Part shown: in pieces, positions 63,601-64,000 of the stretch | Layout: each line of letters begins with the position of its first letter | How positions within the stretch are numbered: the stretch's first letter is position 1 | Assembly (NCBI GenBank): GCA_965235115.1 | Contig: OZ249436.1 | Coordinates: 8,620,001 to 8,684,000 of the forward strand | Direction: 5' to 3' | DNA from: Laetmonice hystrix | Lineage: Eukaryota | Length of the DNA stretch: 64,000 bases | Notes under the pieces: generated by a model | What the model saw: the letters and a program-made list of their open reading frames with translations, nothing else | What the model was told of the DNA's origin: nothing | The model's database searches: none | Program-made: the position numbers and the translations under genes

Positions 63601-64000
63601 TAAACTGTTGATATCAAAGGTCCCTGCATATCGCTGAAAATTACTAGGTAGTCTACTGGCTATAGGACGCTTTAGCAGAGTTGGGTTTAAGGCAGCCTTA
63701 AACCTGTTTTAGGCACGGCACTTGCCCTAAACTGCCCTAAACTGCCTTAAAGTGGTTAAAACCGCCCTAAACTGCCTTAAACTGCCTTAAAACTATACCA
63801 ACCAAATATGTTCAGCCTTTCATTGTAGTAGACACATTACCAGAAAGCCACATTATAGGTTTTTAAAACTGTTCATGACTTTATTTAATAGTTTATTAAT
63901 ATTCAATAAATAAAATACATGTAGTAGAAAATAATGTAGTAGAAATGACATTCGAAAAAATATTTCTTTTATATACATGTATTGTTGGTGGCTTGGTGCA

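Noticed and set aside
60742..64000. GFAT exon 1 (ATG-TGY-G|GT)
   Set aside because: I found no convincing match; it probably lies beyond the window end.

Overview
Intron-rich animal genomic DNA, probably an invertebrate (inferred; no taxon is identifiable from the sequence). I assembled four spliced genes by hand from GT-AG boundaries and reading-frame phases. (1) A hidden 99-aa secreted, Thr-rich, probably GPI-anchored protein (minus strand, 4610-7550) whose exon-2 donor is amplified about 38 times by a 54-bp in-frame minisatellite. (2) A complete 10-exon GH18 chitinase with an atypical 8-Cys chitin-binding domain (minus, 8785-13886). (3) A divergently transcribed gene of about 2000 aa (plus, about 15816-27246) with a 4.7-kb exon and an N-terminal SPOC-like domain resembling that of TASOR/FAM208, which the ORF track misses. 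(4) GFAT/GFPT (minus, 29258-60640; exon 1 not found) with duplicated, probably mutually exclusive penultimate exons, two alternative last exons (one rewrites the near-invariant catalytic C-tail) and candidate in-frame micro-exons in the regulatory linker. Several tandem repeats are built from exon-intron junctions. There are many MITEs and a 4.7-kb G-rich 44-bp minisatellite. The very long repetitive ORFs in the track are repeat artefacts.
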